A DNA stretch of 64,000 bases from Candidatus Poseidoniaceae archaeon. GTDB taxonomy: Archaea > Thermoplasmatota > Poseidoniia > Poseidoniales > Poseidoniaceae. Positions 48,379 to 58,806 of the stretch are shown here, piece after piece. The notes below the pieces were generated by a model. The model was given only the letters and a program-made list of their open reading frames with translations, did not search any database and was not told where the DNA came from. The translations under genes were made by a program, and so were the position numbers. The DNA is taken from the NCBI GenBank assembly GCA_028353405.1, contig JAOMOG010000007.1, positions 755 through 64,754 on the forward strand, read 5' to 3'. Position 1 is the stretch's first letter; every line of letters begins with the position of its first letter.

Positions 48379-49215
48379 GTGTTTTTCATGACATTGTCAA
48401 TATCAGAACTTGAAGAGTTTGCAAGAAAATGTAGAGTTGAAATCGTCAAAATGGTTTACCGTGCTCAAGCCGGTCACCCTGGTGGTTCACTATCGGAAAT
48501 AGACCTAATTTCAGCACTTTATGCAACCCGTATGCGAGTGCGTCCTGATGAGCCAAAGTGGGAAGATAGAGACCGATTCATTCTATCCAAGGGGCATGCC
48601 TCTCCTGGAATGTATGCAGTCTTGGCAGAGATGGGTTTCATTGATCATGAAGACTTACATTCATACAGAGTTCTTGGTGGAAAATGCCAAGGACACGTGG
48701 ACATGAAATGGTGTCCAGGTGTAGATTTTTCTGCAGGTTCTTTGGGAATGGGCCTTTCATTCGGCCTAGGGTGTGCAGTAGCTGCTCGCCTAGACAATAG
48801 TGAGCGAAGAACATTCGTAATGATTGGAGATGGTGAAATCCAAGAAGGTAGTGTGTGGGAAGCAGCAATGGCTGCAGCGCATCATGAAGTTGGTAACCTC
48901 AAAGTAATACTTGACCGCAATAGAATTCAAAATGATGACTTTTGTGAAGCACAAATGAGAATGTTTGACATTCCTGCAAAGTGGAGAGCGTTTGGCTGGG
49001 AAGTCAAGGAAATAGATGGACATAATATGGAAGAGGTAATGTCTGGACTAGATTTCCTTGAGGCTACTAACGACAAGCCAGCAATCTTGATTGCACATAC
49101 TATCAAGGGCGCTGGAGTATCCTTTATGGAAAACAATCCGTCCTTCCATGGGGCAGCACCTAATGATGATCAATTTGCTCAGGCAATGGCAGAACTAGGC
49201 GAGGTGATTGTATGA
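48379..49215 (+). CDS. Transketolase, N-terminal (TPP-binding) subunit
   Basis: GHPGGSLS, and the TPP motif GDGEIQEGSVWEA. This is a split transketolase. Confidence 0.85.
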   Translation: MFFMTLSISELEEFARKCRVEIVKMVYRAQAGHPGGSLSEIDLISALYATRMRVRPDEPKWEDRDRFILSKGHASPGMYAVLAEMGFIDHEDLHSYRVLGGKCQGHVDMKWCPGVDFSAGSLGMGLSFGLGCAVAARLDNSERRTFVMIGDGEIQEGSVWEAAMAAAHHEVGNLKVILDRNRIQNDDFCEAQMRMFDIPAKWRAFGWEVKEIDGHNMEEVMSGLDFLEATNDKPAILIAHTIKGAGVSFMENNPSFHGAAPNDDQFAQAMAELGEVIV

Positions 49216-50150
49216 GTGATATGGCAGCAACAAGAGATGGGTATGGGCAAGCATTGCTCGAAATAGCAGATAATCCAAAGGTTGTCGTACTTGAGGCGGA
49301 TTTGGGTAAATCAACAAAATCGTTACATTTCAAGAATAAATATCCTGCACGTACAGTATCATGTGGTATCGGAGAGCAAAACATGCTACTAACCGCTGCA
49401 GGTCTTGCGTCATCTGGTTACATCCCATTCGCAAGTACATTTGCAATCTTTACTGAAAGAGCATTTGAGCAAATGCGTAATGGAGTTGCAAGACCGGATT
49501 TGGCGGTACATTTGTGCGGCAGTCACGGTGGAACTCACACGGGAACTGATGGTTCTAGTGCACAATCGATCGAAGACCTTGCCATTTACCGAACTCTACC
49601 GAATGTTGTAGTTATGCATCCTTCTGATTATGTTTCAACCTTGGAATTAACAAAGCAATTGCCTGAATTGAATAAACCGTCCTATATGAGAACTGCAAGA
49701 AACAAAACTCCTGTAATGTATAGTGGAAGAGAATCCGAAATAGTTATTGGCAAAGGAATCACATTACGCCAGGGAACTGATGTTGCGATTATTGCATGTG
49801 GAGTACTGGTTTCGGAATCGATGAAGGCTGCTGAAATGTTGGCTGAAAAGGGTATCAATGCAACAGTAGTTGACATGCACACCCTAAAACCATTAGATGG
49901 TGCTTTAATTGATTCATTAGTTTCACAATGTGGTGCGCTTGTAACTGCGGAAGACCACAATGTAATCGGTGGGCTAGGTGGCGCTGTTGCAGAACATTTA
50001 GTCACCAATAAATATGCTCCATTGGAAATGGTTGGTGTCGCTGATAGATTCGGTGAATCAGGTCAATCTGATGAGATGTTAGAGGTTATGGGACTCAATT
50101 CAAAATATATAGAACAGGCGGCTCAACGAGCAATTGCAAGAAAATCTTGA
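49212..50150 (+). CDS. Transketolase, C-terminal (pyrimidine-binding) subunit
   Basis: Its start overlaps the upstream stop (ATGA). The Pyr-domain and C-terminal-domain pattern is present. Confidence 0.85.
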   Translation: MSDMAATRDGYGQALLEIADNPKVVVLEADLGKSTKSLHFKNKYPARTVSCGIGEQNMLLTAAGLASSGYIPFASTFAIFTERAFEQMRNGVARPDLAVHLCGSHGGTHTGTDGSSAQSIEDLAIYRTLPNVVVMHPSDYVSTLELTKQLPELNKPSYMRTARNKTPVMYSGRESEIVIGKGITLRQGTDVAIIACGVLVSESMKAAEMLAEKGINATVVDMHTLKPLDGALIDSLVSQCGALVTAEDHNVIGGLGGAVAEHLVTNKYAPLEMVGVADRFGESGQSDEMLEVMGLNSKYIEQAAQRAIARKS

Positions 50151-50243
50151 ATGATTTTTGTATTAAATCACACTGTTGTCTTTATTGAACTGCTTTTGTT
50201 TGAAAGGGATTAATTCATAGACAACCGGCTATGACACCGTACC

Positions 50244-50903
50244 ATGGAGTTCTTCCTAGATACTGCCGATGTTGACGAAATAAGAGAGATTGCTGCGTGG
50301 GGAATTCTCGACGGTGTAACGACTAACCCTTCTCTAATCAAAAAGAGTGGACGCGATTTCAAAGAAGTAGTGAGAGAGATTGCTGGTATTTGCTCTGGCC
50401 CTATATCTGCTGAAGTTACTGCAATGGATACGGATGGAATGATCGCTCAAGGCCTTGCATTAAAGGCTGATTTACCTGACAATGTAATCATAAAGATTCC
50501 ATGTACTGCAGAGGGTCTAGCAGCAACTAAGGTTCTTAATGAAAAGGGGATTGATACAAATGTCACATTGGTTTTCTCTGCTGCTCAAGCACTAATGGCT
50601 GCAAAGGCAGGAGCAACATATGTTTCACCATTCATCGGAAGAATTGACGACACTGGTCATGATGGAATGAATTTGATCGCCGAAATAATGGAAGTTTGGG
50701 CTAGTTATGACATCTCGACAAAGGTTTTGGCAGCATCTATTCGCCACCCAACTCACGTCCTTCAGTGTATCCAACTAGGAGCTCATACAGCCACAATGCC
50801 AGCAAAAATATTCCGCCAATTAATGAAACATCCACTTACCGATAAGGGGCTTGAAGGTTTCATGAAGGATTGGGCTGCAGTAGAAGCAGCTGGTAATGCA
50901 TGA
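50244..50903 (+). CDS. Transaldolase / fructose-6-phosphate aldolase (short TalC/Fsa type)
   Basis: MEFFLDTAD..., the Schiff-base Lys region IIKIP, and a size of 219 aa. Confidence 0.8.
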   Translation: MEFFLDTADVDEIREIAAWGILDGVTTNPSLIKKSGRDFKEVVREIAGICSGPISAEVTAMDTDGMIAQGLALKADLPDNVIIKIPCTAEGLAATKVLNEKGIDTNVTLVFSAAQALMAAKAGATYVSPFIGRIDDTGHDGMNLIAEIMEVWASYDISTKVLAASIRHPTHVLQCIQLGAHTATMPAKIFRQLMKHPLTDKGLEGFMKDWAAVEAAGNA

Positions 50904-50922
50904 AGTAGAAAATGAACTTTAT

Positions 50923-51549
50923 ATGACGAAGGAGCCTTCATCAAGTAGTGGAGTTCACCTTAAACATGGAGGAAGCATTATGACTAGCACTCAAGAGAAA
51001 TTGGAAATGCTGCTTGACGGGGTTTTGGAACCTTCAGAAATAGCGGAAGATCCTGCTTTAGTCTCGCTCGCAGAGCGTCTTTATGGAATTAAAGTTGCAG
51101 TCGCAAATCCGAAGAAACCTAGAGATATGATCGCATCTCCGCTATCATCTGATATTATTGAAGTATCTCCACCTACAAATATGCTCATAGAAGTCGTTGA
51201 ACCGATTGCTGGCCCACTCCCTACGTTAGAGGAATTACCTGATTTGCCACCTGCTCCAGGAATCAGCAGTCGCAGTAAAATGAGTCTAATGTCAAAACTA
51301 ATCTTAGCAGAATTGACAATCATAATCATGAATATATTTGGATTATTTTCATTTGTTTTGGGCGGACTTTGTAAGTCTGACACCCTATGTCCTTCAGATG
51401 GATATACTCGTATTAACTGGCTAAGTATTCACAAAGTTGACAGTGGGTGGGGCTGGTCACAATCTGTGCTAGATATGGCAATTGGAATTCCCGACATCAT
51501 TGCCCTTTCATTAGGAATTATAGGATTCTGGTATTTCAGTCGAAAGTGA
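50923..51549 (+). CDS. Hypothetical membrane protein
   Basis: Two C-terminal TM segments. The ORF begins at 50896, and the internal MTKEP start avoids overlap with tal. Confidence 0.35.
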   Translation: MTKEPSSSSGVHLKHGGSIMTSTQEKLEMLLDGVLEPSEIAEDPALVSLAERLYGIKVAVANPKKPRDMIASPLSSDIIEVSPPTNMLIEVVEPIAGPLPTLEELPDLPPAPGISSRSKMSLMSKLILAELTIIIMNIFGLFSFVLGGLCKSDTLCPSDGYTRINWLSIHKVDSGWGWSQSVLDMAIGIPDIIALSLGIIGFWYFSRK

Positions 51550-51553
51550 TAGC

Positions 51554-51847
51554 ATGCTATCAGGCATAGATACTGAGTTCGTGGCATATATAGGGATGTT
51601 TCTGATCTTACTTGCATTCTTCTTAGAAACGCGTAATAAGTTGCATAGTAAGGATAAGCCCTATCTTTTCTTGATGGCAATTGGTTCTGCATTGTTGGCA
51701 ATACGCGCATATCTCATTGAGGAGTGGGCATTCTTAATTCTTGAATTAGCATGGTTCTCAACAGCATTTTTAGGGATTTTAGTGAGTGGAAATTCAAAAC
51801 CCACTCTGGATGTAGAAATTGAACTAAAATCATCAATAGATGAATAG
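51554..51847 (+). CDS. Hypothetical small membrane protein (3 TM)
   Basis: Hydrophobic helices. It lies 4 nt after the previous gene. Confidence 0.35.
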   Translation: MLSGIDTEFVAYIGMFLILLAFFLETRNKLHSKDKPYLFLMAIGSALLAIRAYLIEEWAFLILELAWFSTAFLGILVSGNSKPTLDVEIELKSSIDE

Positions 51848-51972
51848 AGACTAATTTAATTCACAACGATAGAAATTTCTAGGTTGGACACTGGATTCTG
51901 TTCGTTTAAACAACCGATTTGTCATCGCTTGAAGCGTCATGTTGATGAGCGAGTGATGGTCGAGAGGGTTTC

Positions 51973-53502
51973 ATGAGCCAAGGACATGGCAAAGCCAAGC
52001 GAGGAATTCCATCTAAGATAGATAATTTCAATGAATGGTATCCATTCATGGTAGAAGCTGCTGAATTAGTTGACAAGCGATATCCGATAAAGGGTATGGA
52101 TGTATGGCGGCCATATGGTTGGAAGACAATGAAACTGATTGATGCACTCACGCATTCTGAGATGGAAAGGACTGACCACGAAGAAGTTCGATTCCCATTA
52201 TTAATCCCTGAAAATCTTCTAGAGAAAGAAAACTCTCTCGTTGCTAAATTAAAGAGAGCGAGAGAAGAAGGCGTAGATGTAGAAGATTTGCGGGAGGAAG
52301 ATGAAGAAGGTGGTTTCAAGAAAGAAGTTTACTGGGTAAAACATGCTGGTGATAATGATTTGGATATCCCTATGTTTTTGAGGCCAACTTCCGAGACTGC
52401 TATGTACACAATGTTTCCTCTTTGGATTAGATCACACAAAGATTTGCCTTTGAAAGTCTACCAGACGGTCAACACCTTCCGCTATGAAACGAAACAAACG
52501 CGTTCATTCATAAGAGTACGAGAAATTCATTTCTTTGAGGCTCATACAGCACACGCTGATGAAGATGGAGCTTCGAGACAAATTGTAGAAGACTTAGAAA
52601 TTGTCAACAATTTGATGCATGACTTATGCCTTCCAGTGATTAAGGCCAAAAGACCAGTCTGGGACACATTCCCAGGAGCATGGTACACAATTGGAATAGA
52701 TGCTATAATGCCTAATGGAAGAACTCTACAAGTTGCTTCTTGCCATCACTATCGTGACCAATGGGCAAAGGCTTTCGATATTACATACGAGAATTTAGAT
52801 GCTCAACAACAACATTGCCACCAAACCACATACGGGATGTCTGAGAGACTACTCGGTGCAATTGTTGGTATGCACGGTGATGATAATGGATTGATTATGC
52901 CTCCAGCAATCGCTCCGTATCAAGTTGTAATCTGTCCAATGATAAAGAAGAACTCAGATGTTGATACAGTCGCAATATCCAATGATATCGCAAAGCAACT
53001 ACGTGCTAATGGACTAAGAGTCAAGGTTGATTCAAGAGATATTAGAGCAGGGCAAAAATACTATGATTGGGAGATTAAAGGTGTACCATTGAGACTCGAT
53101 ATTGGACCTCGGGATGTTGCACAAGGAACTGCATTTGCCTGTAGAAGAACCGGTGGAAAGTTACCATTACCAATAGATGATATTGTCAACGCATGCAGAA
53201 CAGTGTTAAATGAAATTTCAGATGAATTAAGGCTTAGGTCTAACGCACATATGGATGATGTTATTCAACCTCTACCTACTTTTGAAGAAGTTGATGGTAC
53301 ATGGGTTATGAATGGAGAAATTGAAGATGGTAAAATTTACGAAATGGCCTTCGATGGAACTGATTCTCATGCTGAAGTAATAGAGAGAGCAACTTCTTTG
53401 AATTTCCTTGGTGATGCTACTGAAGATTATGAGGAGGATCGTCCTTGTCATATGACTGGTCAAATGACTAGACGTAGAATATTACTTGCAAAGACATACT
53501 GA
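51973..53502 (+). CDS. proS: Prolyl-tRNA synthetase (archaeal/eukaryotic type)
   Basis: Class II motifs: motif 2 FRYETKQTRSFIRVREIHFFEAH and motif 3. A C-terminal zinc-binding domain ends in Y. Confidence 0.9.
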   Translation: MSQGHGKAKRGIPSKIDNFNEWYPFMVEAAELVDKRYPIKGMDVWRPYGWKTMKLIDALTHSEMERTDHEEVRFPLLIPENLLEKENSLVAKLKRAREEGVDVEDLREEDEEGGFKKEVYWVKHAGDNDLDIPMFLRPTSETAMYTMFPLWIRSHKDLPLKVYQTVNTFRYETKQTRSFIRVREIHFFEAHTAHADEDGASRQIVEDLEIVNNLMHDLCLPVIKAKRPVWDTFPGAWYTIGIDAIMPNGRTLQVASCHHYRDQWAKAFDITYENLDAQQQHCHQTTYGMSERLLGAIVGMHGDDNGLIMPPAIAPYQVVICPMIKKNSDVDTVAISNDIAKQLRANGLRVKVDSRDIRAGQKYYDWEIKGVPLRLDIGPRDVAQGTAFACRRTGGKLPLPIDDIVNACRTVLNEISDELRLRSNAHMDDVIQPLPTFEEVDGTWVMNGEIEDGKIYEMAFDGTDSHAEVIERATSLNFLGDATEDYEEDRPCHMTGQMTRRRILLAKTY

Positions 53503-53510
53503 GTGTAACT

Positions 53511-54884
53511 TCACATTCCAAGAGATGATGGATCCATTCCGTCCATATCACCGTCTTTCATCATCTTACGCATTTGCCTGTTGAGTTTACGGTTTCCACC
53601 CATCCCCTTCATCATCTTACGGCTCTTATTCCATTGACCAATTAACTCTCGGACATCCTTTTCACGAACACCCGAGCCTCTTGCTACACGACGAATTCTT
53701 TCAGCCTTAATCTTTGCAGGTTCATTCTTTTCCCATGCAGTCATTGAATCCATAATAGTACGATAACGGTCCAAGTTGGCTTGCATTTCTGCTTTTTGAC
53801 CCTTTGACATAGCACCCATTCCACCCAGCATATTTCCTGGTAAGAATGACATTAATTTGTCAATAGTACCGATTTTAGACATCATTTCCATTTGCTTATA
53901 CATATCATTTAATGTGAATCTACCAGACATCATTCTCTGGGTTAGCCTCATCGCTTCTTCCTGGTCCATATCTTCGGGAGCCAAATCTATGAGTCCCTGA
54001 ATATCCCCCATTCCTAGAAGTCTTGAGATAAATCGGTCGGATTCAAACTTCTCTAAGTCACCAATCCTCTCACCCACACCAATGTGAACTATCGGCGCTC
54101 CTGTTGCTGCTACTGCAGAAAGCGCACCTCCACCTCTTGCTGTACCATCCAATTTTGTGATTACTATACCAGTCACTCCTGCGAGTGAATGGAATGATGC
54201 GGCAACTGGTCCAGCAGCTTGTCCTACTTGTGCATCTATTACCAACCAGCGTTCTGTAGCATTGGTTAAGGCGGAAATTTGTTCTAATTCTTCGACTAAT
54301 TCAGCATCTAATTGATGTCTACCTGCTGTGTCAACTATTACTAGATCACAAGATGCTAATTGTTTCAGCCCATTGCGTACAATGGTTGGTGCATCCTTTG
54401 TTTCTGGCTCACCATAAACAACAACTGTAGATTCTTCTAATAATTGGCATAATTGTTCATATGCACCTGGTCGATGAACGTCTGCTTCTATTACGCCTAC
54501 TCTCAAGCCGTGCTTCTTACGATACCATTCTGCCAATTTTGCAGTTGTAGTAGTTTTTCCTTGACCATATAATCCTACTAGAAGCAAAGTTGCCCCATGA
54601 GGTTGAAATTCATGCTTAGAACCTAATAAGCGAACTAGTTCGGTATAGAGGATATTCATTGCATGTGTTTGTAATGTGATTCCAGGACGTAGTTCTTCAT
54701 CGCGGATACGAGACTCCATTTTTTCGACGATCTCTTTGGTTTGACGTACGTTGAAATCTGCTTCTTGAAGAGACCTGCGCAAACTACGAGTCATTTCTCG
54801 TAATTCTTCATCATCTATCTTTCTCTTAGACTTTAACAATCCAATAGAGCGGAAAATACCCTTGGATAAGCCTTCAAGTGCCAT
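53511..54884 (-). CDS. srp54: Signal recognition particle protein SRP54
   Basis: N domain. G domain with GLYGQGKTTT and DTAGR. A Met-rich M domain ending MMKGMGG...MRKMM. Confidence 0.9.
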   Translation of the reverse strand: MALEGLSKGIFRSIGLLKSKRKIDDEELREMTRSLRRSLQEADFNVRQTKEIVEKMESRIRDEELRPGITLQTHAMNILYTELVRLLGSKHEFQPHGATLLLVGLYGQGKTTTTAKLAEWYRKKHGLRVGVIEADVHRPGAYEQLCQLLEESTVVVYGEPETKDAPTIVRNGLKQLASCDLVIVDTAGRHQLDAELVEELEQISALTNATERWLVIDAQVGQAAGPVAASFHSLAGVTGIVITKLDGTARGGGALSAVAATGAPIVHIGVGERIGDLEKFESDRFISRLLGMGDIQGLIDLAPEDMDQEEAMRLTQRMMSGRFTLNDMYKQMEMMSKIGTIDKLMSFLPGNMLGGMGAMSKGQKAEMQANLDRYRTIMDSMTAWEKNEPAKIKAERIRRVARGSGVREKDVRELIGQWNKSRKMMKGMGGNRKLNRQMRKMMKDGDMDGMDPSSLGM

Positions 54885-54944
54885 GGCTTAGCGTGAAAGC
54901 CGCCACTTTTCAACCCATGCCTATTGAGGGATGGAAATTATTCT

Positions 54945-56192
54945 CTATTGGTCATTAAGAGGAATTTCAAGCCTTAGAACATCGCCTTCTAATTTTGCAT
55001 TTACTTGACTTGCTTTTGTAGAAACTGATGTTTTTACTTCTTTTTCTCTACCATTAAGTCCAACAAAAAGAACTCCTTCTTCGCTTCGTAGTGATAATTC
55101 TTCGCGTTTAATTCCAGGATAATGCAAATATATTATTTCAACACCCTCTCCTAATTCCTTGACCATTCCCCTATGGACCTCATGATGTAAAACAGAACCT
55201 ATAGAATGAGGTCCTAAACCATTATCAATCTCTACAATTGGTCCATACAAGTATTGCCCCACCTCTCTTAGTCTCTCAATCCCAACAACTTCTGTTTCAA
55301 ATAATTCCATGCAAGAAACATCGACTCCGAGACTATCTTTCAACTCTTCAATTATTTCTAATTCAGCATCTCTCCTCGTCTTTAGGAATGGATGGTCGAA
55401 TTCCGGAGTTAGTCTGTTTACTAAGCATCCTCCAATGGGTAAATTAAATTCTTGCAGTGAGTTCTTAGCGCGAATTGTTTCATTGACGCCCATTCTTTCA
55501 GGTATAGTGACCAAAGTAAAGGAAGTAATTTCATCATTGGAAAGGACTCTCCTTACATGCAAAACTCTACGTTGGAACTTTTCAAGTTCATCTTTCATAG
55601 CATCACTTTCCTTTCTGCCAAACATCATTGAACGAATTCCTCCAGAAACCCTCATCATGCGAATTAGTCGATCAGACCACGCTTCAATTAATTCCGGTAA
55701 TGATAAAAATCTCAACGTATGTCCAGTTGGAGCTGTGTCAAATACAATCACATCCCAATTTGGGTCTTCTACGTGCTGCAATAACTCATCAAATGCCATT
55801 GCTTCATCCAAACCGGGCAATACCATATCTGATGTCTTTATTTCCCCCTTTATGTCCTTAATCTCATCCTTGGCGCTAGGATCTAACATCATACCCAGAC
55901 CCCCAAGACCTCCAGAAGAGTTCATTTTCTCCATCGCAGAACCAACTTTTGGCAATAGAGAAGATATTTTTGCCTCAGGGTCCATCTCTAGACCCCATAA
56001 GCCATCAACACCCTCTATTGGTGTTACTTTGCTCCCAATAGTCACTCCTAGCGAATCCGAAGTGGAATGTGCAGGGTCACTGGACACTAACAAAACTCGT
56101 AAACCTGAATCGGCAAGCCAAACTGCAGTTGCTGATGAAGTGGTAGTTTTTCCGACTCCACCTTTGCCGCCAAACAATAACAATCGTGCCAT
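54945..56192 (-). CDS. ArsA/Get3-family ATPase with a C-terminal HSP20-like (ArsA_HSP20) domain
   Basis: Deviant Walker A GGKGGVGKTT, and the switch region DTAPTGHTLRF. The C-terminal ~100 aa are beta-rich. The ORF extends to 56237, and MARLLLF is the likely start. Confidence 0.85.
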   Translation of the reverse strand: MARLLLFGGKGGVGKTTTSSATAVWLADSGLRVLLVSSDPAHSTSDSLGVTIGSKVTPIEGVDGLWGLEMDPEAKISSLLPKVGSAMEKMNSSGGLGGLGMMLDPSAKDEIKDIKGEIKTSDMVLPGLDEAMAFDELLQHVEDPNWDVIVFDTAPTGHTLRFLSLPELIEAWSDRLIRMMRVSGGIRSMMFGRKESDAMKDELEKFQRRVLHVRRVLSNDEITSFTLVTIPERMGVNETIRAKNSLQEFNLPIGGCLVNRLTPEFDHPFLKTRRDAELEIIEELKDSLGVDVSCMELFETEVVGIERLREVGQYLYGPIVEIDNGLGPHSIGSVLHHEVHRGMVKELGEGVEIIYLHYPGIKREELSLRSEEGVLFVGLNGREKEVKTSVSTKASQVNAKLEGDVLRLEIPLNDQ

Positions 56193-56327
56193 ATAATCTT
56201 GCCAACAATAGGTTACGCTTGAAGATACGCATAGCATACAACGGCTTAGAGCAATTAACTTGCAAAGTCATCTAATGGAGGCAGATTCATCAATTGATTG
56301 AAGAAGTGAACTCTTCTGCGACATATT

Positions 56328-57092
56328 ATGCTAAGTGAGAACTTGTTGTTTCAGGTAGCAACATTCGTATCTCTAATCGGTATGACTCTCGGTTGGAGAG
56401 GCGTGATGACAAAGTATTCTGGATTTTATGATTTACCAACTGCTTGGAATCAAATGTTCTGGGGAATTATTATTGGAATGGTTTACGCAACCACTTACTA
56501 TAGTTCATTAGTTGATCCATATTTTAAACTCATAGCAGAACTTGAAGGGGCACAAGTCCCTAATCCAGGTTCGCTGTTGATTTTAACCATACTAATGTCG
56601 GTAACTGTCCACATGTTACTACGAAGAGAGCGGGTGCGAAAGGGTGGTTCTCATCCAACCAGTGGATGGGCTTTGGGTCTAGCAATCGGTGGAATGACTT
56701 CAATGGTTTTGATTTTCAGGTTCTTACAAAATGAGGATACTCTCTTTTCAGCAAGATTGTTACTAACTGTTGCAGCCATTGCAATAATTACGCCAAGATG
56801 TGAAGCAATGATTACCGCTCATCAAGGATTTATGATGCTAAATGGAAGGAAATGGGGTGCTATATTTAGATCAACCACTTGGCGAATTGGTTTGTTGGTA
56901 ATGATTCCTTATTCAATTGCCAACCCATTTGGATGGGTTTTTATTGGCTCGATGATAATGATTGTAGACCCGAGAATAGAGGATTGGGTTTGGGCATCTA
57001 TCCCTAAACCGGCAAGACGTAGATTGAGGAGAATTTGGGCCTCAAATGAAAGAGAAAAGCGGTCCAAAAAATCTCTCGGTGAAGAAGAATGA
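56328..57092 (+). CDS. Hypothetical polytopic membrane protein with a basic C-terminal tail
   Basis: It has 6-7 TM segments and a C-terminal tail RRRLRRIWASNEREKRSKK. Confidence 0.4.
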   Translation: MLSENLLFQVATFVSLIGMTLGWRGVMTKYSGFYDLPTAWNQMFWGIIIGMVYATTYYSSLVDPYFKLIAELEGAQVPNPGSLLILTILMSVTVHMLLRRERVRKGGSHPTSGWALGLAIGGMTSMVLIFRFLQNEDTLFSARLLLTVAAIAIITPRCEAMITAHQGFMMLNGRKWGAIFRSTTWRIGLLVMIPYSIANPFGWVFIGSMIMIVDPRIEDWVWASIPKPARRRLRRIWASNEREKRSKKSLGEEE

Positions 57093-57188
57093 ATAATTTC
57101 CCAATTACTCCAAGTAAGTAAGTATCTACTAAGTGACTTGCCAATAATAATTTGGTGCATTGTCAATTCATAGCAAATAAGGGGTTTT

Positions 57189-58802
57189 GTGGGCTTTCCG
57201 CTAGCAATGGTTATACAACCCCCGCTTAGCCCAAAAGATATGGGTTCTTGCCCTTATTGCAAAGCAACAACTGAATCGGGAGATTCAATTTGTTATTCAT
57301 GTGGCCGTGTTCTTGCCAATATGAAATCAAGTAACTTTAGACTTGAGCAGCAATTCAATCAAGGAAGCTTGTCATCTTCGTACAAAATGACTCCAAAACC
57401 GACTCAAAGAGGCATGGTTCATACTCATACTGGAAGGTCTAAAAATATCTTAAAACGAAGAAAGAATCGTTTTCGAAGTTTTGTAATGCTATCACTAGTG
57501 GCCTTCATCATGCTATCTCCACAGGCTAGAGAGCACCTATTGGCTGAATGGGCTGGCGTTCAAGAATATATCCAAGATGCTGTGTCGCCATATCACCTAT
57601 ACCCGGTTGAGGCATCATATACACTGGAAAAAACAGTATACGTAACAAATTCTGGAGCACAGGGTTACTTGGTAGAGAATTTGGCAATCCCTCCAGCTGT
57701 CAGTTCTGCACAAGGTTCTGCTTACGGATTTGAGTACACTGATGGCACACCGTCTGAATCTCCTAATTCAATTCAAATGACAACTGCCATTAGCATTTCT
57801 TTTGGAAATGAAAATTACCCGATCCCCACCACCGGTTTACCAACTAAATCTGCTTCTGAGAAATTAGTTACTTCTGGTGGACATGAAATCTGGTGGCCTG
57901 GCGTTGGAATTGGTGCTGATTTTTGTTCTGTTAGCAGTTGTGTCAAAGTATTAGTCAATTTGGCACCAGGTGAATCTAGCAGTTTCACATATTCAGTTGG
58001 AGTTCATTCAACATCTTATTCATGGCATAATGATATGCGGGTTGATTCGAGGATTGCAGGAAAGGATTTAGGAATAAATGTTGAGAATAGTGGAGAATTC
58101 TCTGACGTCTCAAGTAGAGATGATGGGAGGAAGTTCTATGATTTTACAGATGACAAATGGTACGACAGAGGTTCACCTGCAGGATATGCTATCAATTCAC
58201 AGGCAGAAATTGTTCTATCTACTGCAGAATTAATTAGCGCAGATTTACCCGAAGGATTACAAGATAACGCTTATGCATTCTCAAGAGCTGCATTTGATTA
58301 CCTTCACAAGAATGTTGCTTATGATAAATTTGCTCCTAATGTTGCAAGAAGTGGTCCTTCATGTCTTAATGATGGACAAGGCGATTGCGATGAACAAACC
58401 AATGCATTTCTCAGCCTACTACGCGTCAAGGGAATACCAGGCTGGTTTGTTTTCGGCGCGTTGACTGATGCCAACTATGTCAATTGGGAGGCGCATGCAT
58501 GGGGCTATATTCAACTGCCAATGAGTGATCAATGGTGTGATGAAAATAATATTGAACGTAATTCTTGCTTCGTAAACGGTGCTGTCGATGTCGTTAACAA
58601 TAAATGGTTATTGAATACACCAACTGGGTATATTGATTGGATAGAAGAAGCGGATGAAACTGCGACAAAATTGAATAATTTCTATCATCCAGTTACTCAA
58701 ACCAACGGAATTGAAAGAGAACGAAGTTATGCTACTGGTTCCGATTTGGAATTAACAGGTGGAACATATCAGGTTAAAATGTACCCTGAAACATTTAGGT
58801 GA
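57189..58802 (+). CDS. Membrane-anchored transglutaminase-like cysteine protease superfamily protein with an N-terminal zinc ribbon
   Basis: CPYCK...CYSCG ribbon. A TM segment VMLSLVAFIMLS. GDCDEQTNAFLSLLRVKGIP supplies the catalytic Cys, and EAHAWGYIQL supplies the His, as in the transglutaminase core. Confidence 0.55.
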   Translation: MGFPLAMVIQPPLSPKDMGSCPYCKATTESGDSICYSCGRVLANMKSSNFRLEQQFNQGSLSSSYKMTPKPTQRGMVHTHTGRSKNILKRRKNRFRSFVMLSLVAFIMLSPQAREHLLAEWAGVQEYIQDAVSPYHLYPVEASYTLEKTVYVTNSGAQGYLVENLAIPPAVSSAQGSAYGFEYTDGTPSESPNSIQMTTAISISFGNENYPIPTTGLPTKSASEKLVTSGGHEIWWPGVGIGADFCSVSSCVKVLVNLAPGESSSFTYSVGVHSTSYSWHNDMRVDSRIAGKDLGINVENSGEFSDVSSRDDGRKFYDFTDDKWYDRGSPAGYAINSQAEIVLSTAELISADLPEGLQDNAYAFSRAAFDYLHKNVAYDKFAPNVARSGPSCLNDGQGDCDEQTNAFLSLLRVKGIPGWFVFGALTDANYVNWEAHAWGYIQLPMSDQWCDENNIERNSCFVNGAVDVVNNKWLLNTPTGYIDWIEEADETATKLNNFYHPVTQTNGIERERSYATGSDLELTGGTYQVKMYPETFR

Positions 58803-58806
58803 TAAT

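Noticed and set aside
55309-56196. 295-aa plus-strand ORF
   Set aside because: It is antisense to the well-supported ArsA/Get3 gene, which carries Walker A and switch motifs on the minus strand.
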